A stretch of DNA of 63,445 nt, counting the filler, from Phoronis australis (lineage: Eukaryota > Animalia > Phoronida), in the NCBI GenBank assembly GCA_002633005.1. It is 5 parts of 5 records of this genome, joined end to end, with 100 filler letters (N's around TTAATTAATTAA, not from the genome) between each part and the next. Parts side by side here need not be neighbours in the genome. Positions count along the whole stretch, not along the records: positions 45,083 to 53,827 come from NMRA01000662.1; positions 53,928 to 63,445 come from NMRA01001812.1; 3 more parts are not named here. The stretch is one strand, 5' to 3'. The position numbers and the translations under genes are program-made. Below, one piece after another: positions 48,471-60,800 of the stretch. Position 1 is the stretch's first letter, and each line of letters begins with the position of its first letter. The notes under the pieces are model-generated. The model searched no databases. It was given only the letters and a program-made list of their open reading frames with translations, and had not been told where the DNA came from.

Positions 48471-51011
48471 AAATAACATTGGCTCTTCGTTATGAACAAT
48501 GTTACTTTCTAAAATCCACTTTTTTAGCAACAATGGTAAAATGTGTTCCAAAGTCTCTTGTTTACAGCAACATACACTACAAATATCAGGATCACTAATT
48601 CATACTTTCTGAAGAAATGAGTTTTATTTCGAAACTTCTATGGAAAGTCCTACATTACATCCAACCCAATGAGCTATCCACAGAAGGCCGACATTCCAAA
48701 ACCCGACAATAAATGTTTACTAATTTTTATCTATCAGAAAACATGTACCTGCAAATTTCGGATAATTAGTTTATCATTTTTTGTTCATATCTCTGCATTC
48801 TGAATTTTTACTCTATCAAACGGCACCAAAGGTCCAATTAATATATAAAGGTGTATAATTTTGGATGAATGCCCAGTTAAATTCTTTCACGTGACTGTAG
48901 CGAGGAATATATATTCTAAAATCTTCAGTCTTACAGAGTAGAAATCTTTTGAATCATTGCACCTGTAACTAGCCATGGAGCCTCTTTGGTTCATTTAATT
49001 TTTTATGTTGCTACTAACACTTTCTTTTTTCGCATTATGGAAACAATCTTTGTTTTTAGAAATAAAACATTATTTTTAAGTCTGTCAGATATGCGAAATG
49101 ATAATTACTCTTCAATTAACTTTTACTTCTTGAACGGCCATACCTGGGCCGAAAACAGACTGCAGTTAATGTTTGACCATAATTATTTACATTTTACAAA
49201 TTCATTTATTTATAGTATTTGTGAATCCATCAAATTTGTTGCGTTTTATAATATGACAATTCGTTGCATTTTATGAGTTTGTTACAACAAATTATTTCTT
49301 TTTATGGAATCAAAAATTCATGAAACTGAATGCCGGTTTGTATTATTTTATTAATAGGTTCATTTAGTCGTCACATGTCATAGGTTCAACAAGTCGACGC
49401 CTTGCAAGCCATAGGATTTGAGGATTTTTTTGCACTTTTTGTGGTTGTAGGCCGTGTACGATGATTAATATCTAACTAAAGAAACACTTATATCGGGAAA
49501 TAGGCCTAATTGAGGAATTTTGAATTAATGAGAAAATTTAATGATTTTTGGTTTCCCGCCACGTGATGTCATCAATGGAAGTCGTTGATCAGTTTACAGC
49601 ATATATGCCCATGACGGGTAGTTGTGATTTTGTAAGTTGCGAAGACTTAGAGCTAGGTTGACGAGTATCACGTATAGAGATGCGGGTAAAAATGACACTC
49701 AGGCCATAGGGGAAACAGACAATAAGTTGCGTGTTTGAGGCCGCACGAACTCCGACCCTCCTGCACCGGCATCTTCGGCGATTGAAGTCGAGTCGAAGCC
49801 TACTCATTCTACGGACAGTCCCGATTTCAGAGATGACATTCCTGAGTGGTAATATATAGCCTTTTATTTGATCATGATTTAATTTTCTAACCACTTTAGT
49901 AATATGCATACCGGTATGTCTCGAAATAATATAACCGGCCAAGGTTTACACTGGCTGTGAAAGCCCAGTCATGAATAGCGGGCACCCATATTGAATTCAT
50001 TTCTTCGAATGTTGAGTGCATTTGTCAAGAACGATCATATCTAATTATTGTGATGCTAACTGGATTTTATTTCATCTTTCTGGCTACATAAGTTGGCCTG
50101 TCACCTTCATGAAACAGATCTCAGGCTGCATAAGTTGGCCTGTCACAAACAAGGTTTTATAGCTACATTAAATTTTATTGATTGATTATTCACTGTTCAT
50201 TTCCATTGACGTATCTGAAATGACAGTGTAACTAGATAGGTAATTTTTGTAATGCAATATTTTGCATCTAATACACGGAAATGCATTTCAATACATTACA
50301 ATAGAAGTTGATCAAATATTCTTCTTGACACAACTGCAACACAAAGCAGTATGTGGCCTAACAGAATACTGTGTTGTCCAATAGATATGCATTTGTCCAC
50401 ACTGCTCAGCCTGCTACATCTTCAATCAATGGGAAACTCACACTTGTCCCTGTTGCTGTCCTGTAGCGAGCCAATGGTTCATCTGCATGATAACTGCAAA
50501 CATACAGTGTCACAAAAAAAACATATTCCCCACACACACAGATGACCAGGGCTCCTTGATCACAAGGCATTGGCATGCACTGGGGGTGAAAAATCTACAC
50601 TTATGGAACACAAGGAGAGAATCCAATCCACAATTGTAAGGTCCCGAGCACACTCACGAAACACCCATCTTTCGGCTGCGTGATTTTGAGAGGTCTTACT
50701 TTCCTTACAATAAACTTGATTTTTCATCTTTCTTCCTCACTGTATTCACATAGGAGAGCACACTGTTCACCAGGTCCACTTAGTGGCAATTGTCCATAAC
50801 ACCTTACCTGTGAAACTAAGCTTATGCGATATTTTTGTCAGTGGTTAAGAACCAAGAGTCACTACCATTGTTGGAATAAGAAAGTAGTTCCACTGATCAA
50901 ATCCATCAATACCACTCAGGTGACAAAAAAGTGCACTTCAAGATAATCTCCACTGCTAAACAGCGCCCTCTACTTGGTATTTGACAAAAAAGGACAATCT
51001 CTAGTACAGTG

Positions 51012-52937
51012 TCACTGAGACAAGAACTTTCTTTTCCTTGTTGTATTCATATATGGACGGTACACCCATTCCACGTCAGCACTGCCTGTGTTGTCTAGCG
51101 TGCCCAAGATGATCTGGTATACTGAAAAAGCAAAAATTAATCCCATTGGTAACAATTTTAGGTGTTCCGAATTGGTGTTCATAAAATGCCAAGGTGACAA
51201 CAGTTCGAGCATCAAATGAAGTAAGGGAGCTTTCACAATTATTGGCATTACTAAAATGTACAAAACAAGTGAGGAAAAGGGTGAAGCTTTCTGCTTTTGA
51301 TGCCATAAAGTGGTGATGCAAACCACAAAATTGAATGCTTAACTGATTGCTTTTTCAAATCATTTAAAAATGATGGGACAACCAAAAGTTTTTAACTGGA
51401 ACATTCAAACACTTTCGTAATGACCGACGTTGCGGCTAACCCAAAAGACAAGTGAAAACACTCGAGACAGAAATGCTGGTCACAAGTTGACATTGTTGCG
51501 TTCAAACAAATCTGACATGACTCACACTGCATCTCAAAGCGAGGCCCGACCTCCTCCAGTTCAATCTGTCTCTGCTCATTTGTCTTGTAAACATGATGCC
51601 TAAATGAGATGAAGTCGTTGTCGTTTGCAAAGGTCATCACTCGCTTACTATCCTCTTTTGGCACAGGAAACAAATACTTCAGTATGTTCATTACCTGCCG
51701 TAAATAATAACAATAACAATAATAATAATAATAACATTATCGATAATATTGATATTAATTATAATAGTACACTTGTATACAGGCTACCTAAACAACACAG
51801 CTGCCACATTGAACAGCATAATACCCTTACCAACAAACATGGTAAACAGAACTGATGAAACTTCTCCCAAACACGGCTCACCATCAGACACAATGCTGGA
51901 CTCAGAAAACACAGCTTAGGCACCCTGAAAAACTTGTGCCCAAACTCACAAACATGACTGACCGACCGACCACTCAACATGGTAGACAGACTCAAGTCTG
52001 TGAGTCATGTTTGCAACCCGTGCAAGATGCAAGACCTTTTAGGGCATGTAAACCATGTTATGTAAGTCCAGCACGCAAAAAACTCATGCCCGGACTCACA
52101 AATGTGATCCAATTACATGGAAGATGCAAATGGGGTTGGCGTGTGACGTTATTGTGAGTCTGGGTAAGACCTTTTTGCAGGCGCATGCCATGTTATGTGC
52201 GCTTTGCACTGAATTGGAAAACTAGTAGTTGATGGGCCATGTTTGTGAGTCTGTAAAGTGAGTTTAACAGGTCTGTGAAACACATGGCACTATGTTTATG
52301 ACTACGGATGACGTGTCGTTTAAGAAGACTGGGTGTAGTGTATTCAACAAGTAATATAACAACACTGTGTCCATATTGAAAAAATAAAAAAATTATGAAG
52401 GAAATGTCTCCAAAGATGTATGTGAATGAAAATTCCTAAAAACTTCAAGAGGTAACTATAAATGACCAGAAATATCTGTGAAATGTGTACAAAACTGGCT
52501 AAGTAAACAATGAAAAAGTAGTGACTACCTACGAAGTAGACCTATCTAACAATTTAGCACACAATTCCGTATAAGGCCACTGATGACATGGCAAATATTA
52601 CACAACAAGAATACAATCACTGCACAGGGCTGTACCAAAGACTACTCACCCTTGTGCCAAGTTTTGAGCTGAACTGATGGAATATGAGATGTGGGTAGGC
52701 TTCTGACATGGTGCCAACATCGGGAATATCATGTCTCATCACCACATTGGACAGGGTGAAGTAGGCAGTGGGACCGTAAGGTAGGTGACACACGACAAGC
52801 CCGTCGGGCACACCGCGGTGCTCGTGTACAATGATGAGGTCTGTAACGTCATTGGCTCGACACGCCTGAACCAGCTGGTTCATCTCGTAGTTGCCGCGAT
52901 TGATTCGCTGAGAATTCGGGAAAACCAGCCGCATCTC
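51012..52937 (-). CDS. IMP4: U3 snoRNP protein IMP4 (Brix domain), 3' part: join(52937..52650, 51694..51526, 51121..51012); 5' exons not in this contig
   Basis: [99 protein letters not shown] are diagnostic of IMP4. GT..AG introns, phases 0 and 1 consistent. Confidence 0.96.
51703..51733. repeat. (AAT/AAC)n microsatellite next to an IMP4 acceptor
   Basis: Directly visible. Confidence 0.85.
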
Positions 52938-52941
52938 CTGA

Positions 52942-53046
52942 AAATATCATAATGTAAATATCATAATGTAAATATCATAATGTAAATATCATAATGTAAA
53001 TATCATAATGTAAATATCATAATGTAAATATCATAATGTAAATATC
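52942..53046. repeat. 14-bp perfect tandem repeat AAATATCATAATGT, about 7.5 copies
   Basis: Directly visible, abutting the IMP4 acceptor at 52940-52938. Confidence 0.95.
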
Positions 53047-53618
53047 TATTGTGAAACTTCATCTGTGATCACTGAAAACTGCTGTCGAAACTATACATAT
53101 TCTTCCGGACATTTTTTATAATAATCAACTTGAATGTCAATTCAACTGTTTATTAGGACCATAACTTTGACATTCAAAACATACAAGAGGGGACTATGCA
53201 TGCTTCTACAAATGGGGCTTGGAATGACCAATGACAGAAAAGAGGAAAAGTTTCCAGGTGATGTATCGTTCCACAAATAATTAGGCTTGTGTGATAGAAA
53301 TATTTTTCGTGTTGTAAAATTTAACTGAAATAAGCGTTTTTGCATGAACAAAGTCAAAATAATGATAAAAAAAGAGATAAAAAGAGGAAACTGGAAATCA
53401 AGTAAAAGGAAATCGAAAACAAAAAAGAGAAAATTATATTAAAAGAGGAAAATTCCAAGCCCTATACAAAGGTACCTAGGTAATGCATACTTGTTTTAAG
53501 TCTCTCACTGAAGGGACTACGCATGTCCCTATAAAGGTACATAAGTAAGTATATTTCTATAGTCTCTCACTGAGGGGACTACACATGTTACTTCAAAAGT
53601 ACATAGATAATGTATAAT

Positions 53619-53734
53619 CAGCACTTGACTTGGCAACCTGCAGGTCGCCAGTGTGACCTAAGATTGTGTTTGGCGAACTGGGTTTTTGCCAGGTCGCCAA
53701 ATGCGGCTGGCTTTAAGCTAAGAGTCGAGTGCTG
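53619..53734. mobile_element. 116-bp MITE with TIR CAGCACTYGAC and 5-bp TSD ATAAT
   Basis: ATAAT|CAGCACTTGAC...GTCGAGTGCTG|ATAAT; the empty site TGTATAATTGTATAG is seen in the next unit of the surrounding ~60-bp degenerate repeat (~53788). Confidence 0.8.
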
Positions 53735-53827
53735 ATAATTGTATAGTCTTTCACTGAGGACATGCTCCTACAAAGGTACATGGGTAATGTATAATTGTAT
53801 AGCATGCGCGCACCCAGGGGGGGGGGG

Positions 53828-53927
53828 NNNNNNNNNNNNNNNNNNNNNNNNNNNNNNNNNNNNNNNNNNNNTTAATTAATTAANNNNNNNNNNNNNNNNN
53901 NNNNNNNNNNNNNNNNNNNNNNNNNNN
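53828..53927. other. Artificial gap spacer N44-TTAATTAATTAA-N44
   Basis: Identical to the other three spacers. Confidence 0.97.
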
Positions 53928-54260
53928 TGGGCCGATTTGAAAAATTCAAAGTTGTACTCATATTTGTTTTCGCTCCTCTTTTCAAATATTACAGTAAAAA
54001 CTCCGTAGAACTCTCACCATAAAAAGTACAGTCTGCTAGCTAGATTGTAATCAGCTGATCATATCCGCATGAGCGAAGCCAATTATCCTTGCTCGTAACT
54101 CGATGACTAGAACAGCCTGGCGGCATCCCTTTGATCGTGAGCCGAGTGCGACTCAGCCAAGGTGGATAAATACGGTCTAGTTCAATTTTCCATACCCCGC
54201 CGTTTACCTTAACCACTGGGGTTAGAACCAATTTTATTTAGTGGGAATGTTCATAGCATG
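53928..54260 (+). repeat. Dispersed repeat, homologous to 27787-28100
   Basis: Collinear similarity as listed for the other copy. Confidence 0.85.
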
Positions 54261-54878
54261 GATGAAAAATGACACTTATCATCAGTCCATTAGATCGTAA
54301 TTTTTGCTTCAAAATTTTGCCTACTTCGGTAAGAAATGACCTAAACTTTTTAACTTTTTAAAAACTACACTGTTATTTCTATAATAAAATTTCAAGTTAG
54401 ACAACAAGTTGAAGCAGAAAAATTGATGCATGTAAATGTGTTAACCCCATTAAGTGTGGATATAAATGACCATTCCAATATGAACATGTTACAGTAATTG
54501 TTTAAGAATAGTCTAGGTATGATTCAAATTCTTGACCTCTGCAGGTTAGCAACAGTGCACCTAATTCGTCTGCTTGAATTTTGTATGGCGATGTTATCTG
54601 CTACTCGTCAAAACACTACAGTAGAAATAATACTTAACAAAGCTCGATTTCAAAAGTGCATTAAACAAGGTATTTACTGAAATTGCGCAAGACCTTCAAT
54701 AACACATTACCATTTTACACACTATAGAGACGCCATTAGTAACTATGTTACATTTAATTATTCATTCTGACCTTTTTCAACACCCTAAACATCCAATGCA
54801 ACTGTTTGCCTCAGTCAATCTCCCATCACAATTAATAATCCACACATCCACTTAAGGTATTATTCCAAAAGATTATAC

Positions 54879-57800
54879 CTGGTTAGTGAAGAATACTACT
54901 TTGTATCCATCCTCATGGAGTTTCTTTAGCTTTGTCTTCACTTCGGGAAAAAGCAATCTAGTAAAGTAATAAACACACGGTAGAAATTACTACAACCATA
55001 ACTAAATCCAGAAAATAATACGACACGCAAATCACTTCACATTAATTAAGAACTGGAAGCATTTTAATGATGTGGGTCTTATAAAAGCAGTCACCGCTAT
55101 TTCTAAAGTACAAAACAATGACAATTAATTTACACTGCGTGAAATGTAGTGAAAACGTTAATGCACAATAAAGCAATAATTAATTTACACTGTGTGAAAT
55201 GTAGTGAAAACTTTAATGCATCATAAAACAATGACAATTAATTTACACTGTGCGAAATGTAGTGAAAACTATAATGCGCCGTACACTACTTAAAAAACCA
55301 TTCAGTTTAGAGTGTGAGAGTTACCGAAACCATACCCCTCTTGTTTGGGGCAAAATCAACTAAACTATAAGAGAACTGCTAAAAGTCAACACCTAAAATC
55401 AGTTGAATAATATGTTTCCTTCCTAGTTTTATAACAGCTGTATATCAAGGGGAGATAACTACTATCACTTCCAACCCAGATGACTATGGCAGCATTCATT
55501 TATAAGATCACTTGATTAGCAAACACTTGAGTAGATGGAATTATTAACACCCAGGTGAAAGACAGCAGTGCCCCTCTCCTTCTCACCCCTAGTCATTTGC
55601 GCAACACTCCCCCATCAGGGACTGTCTCCTAGCTGACCCAATTTTGGCAATGGAAATGATACCAACAGAATGACAGCATATTATGCCACTCAAGTTACCT
55701 CCAGTCCTCAATATTTGTGGGGAACACCTTGCCAGACTGTGTTGTGATGATGGTCCCATCAAGGTCAAAACCAGCTACCTGCAAGTAAGTTCGTAATCAT
55801 ACCACAACGTTGTCTACCAAATATCAAAGAATGTGGTAACAACCTCGGTTAGATGGTCGGGGTAATTGTCTGATTATTTCATCAAAACAGATTCTGTTCT
55901 TTTACGACTGACCGCACGAGAACATCAGGTTATACAGTGTGAACATGACATTTATTTATATGATATGCTGGGACAGTTTGAACAACAATTACTGTTCCTC
56001 TTAAATTCCAATTTGATACCTTAAATGAATGCTTAAAAGCAGTGAGTTGCAAACTGATGGTAAATGGACAGTACAAGCCAAAAACATAGGTGTTGCTAGC
56101 TTATGTTATTGTCCAGGCATGTGACTGTCAAACCTGTTGTCCTGTGCGTCAAAATGGGCAAACTTCAACATTGAATAATAACTGTTATGAAATGGAAAGC
56201 TGTAGGAGTATGAGGCCCGTATGCAGACAGCTCTTGGTCTAAGGAGTGCGCAACTCATTGAATTTGTTACTGAGAACATGGAATTCTCGATGATGAAATA
56301 CCAAATATCTGTTTTCATATTGTGTCTAATCTGCTTAAATTATCCCAAGTGGCTTTGTGGTGAAGTGACCAAAAAGTTCCTTGGAATAAAAGAAATGCTT
56401 AAAACAATCCACAAGTACTGACAAAATGGATACTTTTAGATAAGACAGGACAATACAGGAAGGTTTACAAAATAAATAATAATTTAGTTATAATATGTTC
56501 AAAGCATTGCCTGCAAGATAATAAGAACAACAACAGTTTTATGTCGACTTGATGTTTCAATGTCATTTATTCAAACACCATCATCAGAAGAGAGAATGCA
56601 GTGACCACCTAGCTAGGTCCAGCAACAAGTAATGAAGCACAGACACAGTCAGTTACAGGGAGTGACATTGTCACAATGTCATTTATTCAAATACCATCAT
56701 CAGTGACAATGTCACTCCCTGTAACTGACTGTGTCTGTGCTTCGATACTTGTTGCTGGGCCTAGCTAGGTGGTCACTGCATTCTCTCTTCTGATGATGGT
56801 GTTTGCATAAATGACACCGAAACATGTGAAGTCGACTTAAAACCGGGTTGTTGTTTTTATTAATATATGCCTGCTACTTGCTATCATGGAGATTGTCTGA
56901 AAAACAAAGCAACATTTTGTAAGACACTAGACAGTATCCATGAAAATTTTTAAAGCCAATTAGAATCAGTTGACTTTACCCCAAGACGTTTTGCAATTTT
57001 ACCAATAGTCTCAGATGAGTGAAAAATAATGGAAATAGTTAGATTTCACTTTTTAGTTCAAACTAGTAAACTGACAAATACTGCGAGTCATTTCGGAACA
57101 AGATGGATCAAAACAAGAAGTAATCGTGTAGACCAAAACTGATTTTTGTGACATGTCACTTTTCCAGACTTTCTCATACAGTGTCTCGTAAACACAAAAA
57201 GATTAAGTAAAATCTCTTAATTCTATATGGTGGACAAGCATTAAGCGAATTTTTCTTTTTCTGGCATCAAATAAATACTTCCAGTTCAAACTAGGGCTAC
57301 CATCAGATACTGTTTTGAGAACTTGTGCGTACTGAATGCATAAGCTTTTGCAAAACAAAAAAAGATGAAATTTGGCAATCATACGAGTCACGACGCTGAA
57401 GCAATATTTTGGTATCCCTACCTTACTACTAGACACGACTCCTGCACAATTATACACCAATAAACCGTCCCGTTGCTTCCAACCGCCAACACCAGATGAC
57501 GCTGCTTGAGACGCTGGCCCACTGCTAAAAAACGAATAATTTGCCATTCTAAAAGGTTGACAACACATCAACGGACAAGATCAAGCCGATGAATTTTGTT
57601 AAGCTCAAACGAATTTCCTCTCACTGACAAAGATTATAAATTGTTTATGACAACTAGATGATAAACTATCACAAGGGTTAAAGTCTATCTATAGCTTGTG
57701 GTTGCAGACCTCTAAGACTTTCAATGCAGCAGTAAACCGATGACATGGTTATCAGATTGAAACAATGCAGTGACTAAACTCTTACAAAGAGATGAGTCAC

Positions 57801-60800
57801 TCCAAATCCAATACAAGATCAAATCCATATGCTTCATTGGAAAATCTCAGACTTTGCTCTTTTTTTGGTCTTGAACAATTGTCCTGAGGAGTCAAAATAT
57901 GTCCGGACATTTCGAAAATCAGACCAACAAAATTCGCCACTGGAGTATGACGACCAAACTTTGGCCCAAATTGACTGGCGATAGAGCAAATAAACAACTT
58001 TTAGAGTGTTTTTTGGCCTTGCGCTGTCAAGTTCTTGGCAGCAAAATAAGAGGCAAAGAGAGCAAATTCTGTCTACACTGTTCCCAAAAATGGATCGAGC
58101 TAACTTCTGGCCTATTGAGTAAAATCCGACATCCTTAAAATATTACTTTGTGATAACAGCCAATTGGGAGTATCTGAAGACTTTGGACTTAGAGGCGACG
58201 ACTACTACATGGATTTACCTTAATGAGTAAATTTATATCCAAAGCATGCAAACAGGTACAAGAAGAAAGTTACAACGAAGTTGACTCACAGGTCCTCAAG
58301 AGCAATTCATGTATTTATGATATAATTAGCCTACATCAATGTTTTTCTAAAATCATGACAACAGCATAACAACTCCAGTCAGTGTTCTCCACAGCAGTAA
58401 ATTCAAACTTGACTAAAATTACAAAATCTGTTTGGAAATCCTTGTCCATACTGTGGGAAATTGGGAAGTTAGTGTAAGTCTTGGAATATGTACTGTCACT
58501 TGGTTCCAAAAAATCAAAATGCCACAATTTGGTTAAAAAATTACTAAATCTCCCAAATGCTTCTCAACTTTTCAAACTCTAAACAAAAAGTCACTTGAAA
58601 CTCATCATGACAAAATTCCAACTGGATGCAGCGACAAGTCAAAAACAGGTTGTGCTAGTGTGTACTACGATTTAGTCATCTGCATGGACACAATGCATCC
58701 GCGATCAGGGACTAGTTATAAACAACTTTTCTAAAAATTAAAGTAAAAGACAACATATATTTTCAAAACACAAATCTAAACAAGACAGTATATTGTTTAA
58801 GTTTTTTTATTGCATTTTCAGTTCGTAATAGTCACTGGGGTCACACAGGCTCCATCAATTTTCATTCCCAGGCCAAGGACATAAAAAAATGGACTTGTTT
58901 GTGAAAGAACAATAAAAAGACATGCTTGACCATTTTAACATGTTATTGATTGATAGTCATTGTCTTTAGAATGTATGCTTCGGTGTGTTTCACCGACGAG
59001 GGTAGTGTAGTAGGGCGCATGTGTTGAGTGAAAGGAGATGATAGCCACCCTCAGCTCTCTGAAAAGGGAGGTAACTTTTAAAGGCGATGGAGCAGAAGAG
59101 AGAGCCTGAGGTGGACTGAGTCTCCACCAAGTTGAAATTAAATATGGCACCGATAAGAAAAGTTACTGCTTAAATCAATAGTTTTCCTCGTTGGAAAATG
59201 TTTTAACCTCTGTACTTACAGCTGTAAGAAACTTGAACTACAATAAACTCTGCAATGTTTGACTTCGCCACTTTTTAAAGGACTGCCGTAATGTCAGTAT
59301 GGTTAAATATGTACCTTACTATTAGGCTTGTTTTTCAATAATTACTAATAAGAGGATATTCTTGTTACAGAGATGGTGGCAGAAAAAGAAGATAACAAAC
59401 AGGTAAACAGCAATGTTACAGTTTTCAAAATTTATGAATTGTCAAATCTTTTGAATACGGAGACTTTTTAGCATTAGTTGTGACCAAACCTGACTTTTAC
59501 AACTTTCATAATAATGACATGTCTTAATACAGAGAAGTTTTAAATTAGTTATCCATAACAAGCTAAACCAAACATTAAACTTTCTAAAAATGAAACCCAA
59601 AGATTTCAAAATTATGTTTTTGATGAAAAGAATGTTTGGTGGTAAATTCAGAACTTAATTTCAAGAACTTTTTGCGATTTACAGGGGAAGCTGTGCAAGT
59701 TTTAGATTATGTCCAAGAACTTACCAGTGATGAAGAAAATACAGGTTGATCCTGTAGTGCATAATAACCTGGGATTAGTCGCGTGAAGCTTTAAGTAAGG
59801 ACTTCATTGAGAGAACTTCTTTATGCCTGATTAAAAAATGACATTTTATTTAACTTGCAGGGATGGGTTGCATAAAATTTCAAAGTTATCCGGTGGATAA
59901 CTTTGATTGTTACATGATGTCAGGTGCATTGTTAAACAATAACATTGTGGCGCATGATAATGCGATGTCATTGTTGTGTATAAGTTTTATGCAACTGGAC
60001 TCAGATGTCATTTTGATTTTGAACTAATTTGTATTAATTTGTTCCAATTTTAACATTCTGGTGCCTTTTTTAAAATTTATACTGCTTAGGCTCGAGTTAC
60101 TTAATATGGAGTCACAATTTTGAGGGACATCTTAAATTACTTGCACCAGCCTTAGACAGAAGTAAGAAATGAATTGTTAGTTGTTAAGATTGCTTAAAAT
60201 CCCAGCTGTTTATATTCCATAGGTTGATTAACGTTCAATTTTTCATTAAAGTATTAATTCATGATTAATTACTTGCTACTTTGATGTTCATATAGGCACA
60301 CATTTCAGTTACTTTATTGATTGACACCTCATGTTCTGCATGTTTCATGATGCCCTGTTTAAGTTCCCTTGATATTAAGGACTTAGCTCCTTGTAATTAT
60401 TAATCTTTTGATTCAGAAGTTGTTGCCACACATTAAAAGAAATGCAAAACTATAATAAAATAACAAATTTACCACATCTACGCAATCTGTAAAGAACCAT
60501 AATCCACATTTCATACAAATCCTTCTTTAGAAAATGAGCACACATAATCTTGTGAATATCAAGTGCGTAGAACACGGACAAAGTATTTTGTCCCCCCCCC
60601 AAAAAAAAACAAGTGTACAGAGCAGAGTCATAAAGCATAACTCGCAATATTAAACAATGAACATGAACATTATGTACTAACCTTTCATTATTAGACTGGT
60701 TGTTCGAGACCCCCTCACCACTGTAACAGTTGTTACTATATCCATCATTCTTCACTGTCTCCAAATTATTTCCCCTGCTACTACTACTGTGTTCTCCAAC

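Noticed and set aside
49589-49942. 117-aa Arg-rich ORF and a coding-looking plus-strand peptide (DPPAPASSAIEVESKP)
   Set aside because: Non-ATG start or interrupting stops; no family recognised; possibly a transposon remnant.
51122-52649. Intronic snoRNAs in IMP4
   Set aside because: No convincing C/D or H/ACA arrangement seen on the sense strand by eye; a cmscan would be needed to exclude them.
60450-60681. C-terminal part of the 291-aa ORF
   Set aside because: Intron read-through past the donor at 60681; only 60682-61333 is exon.
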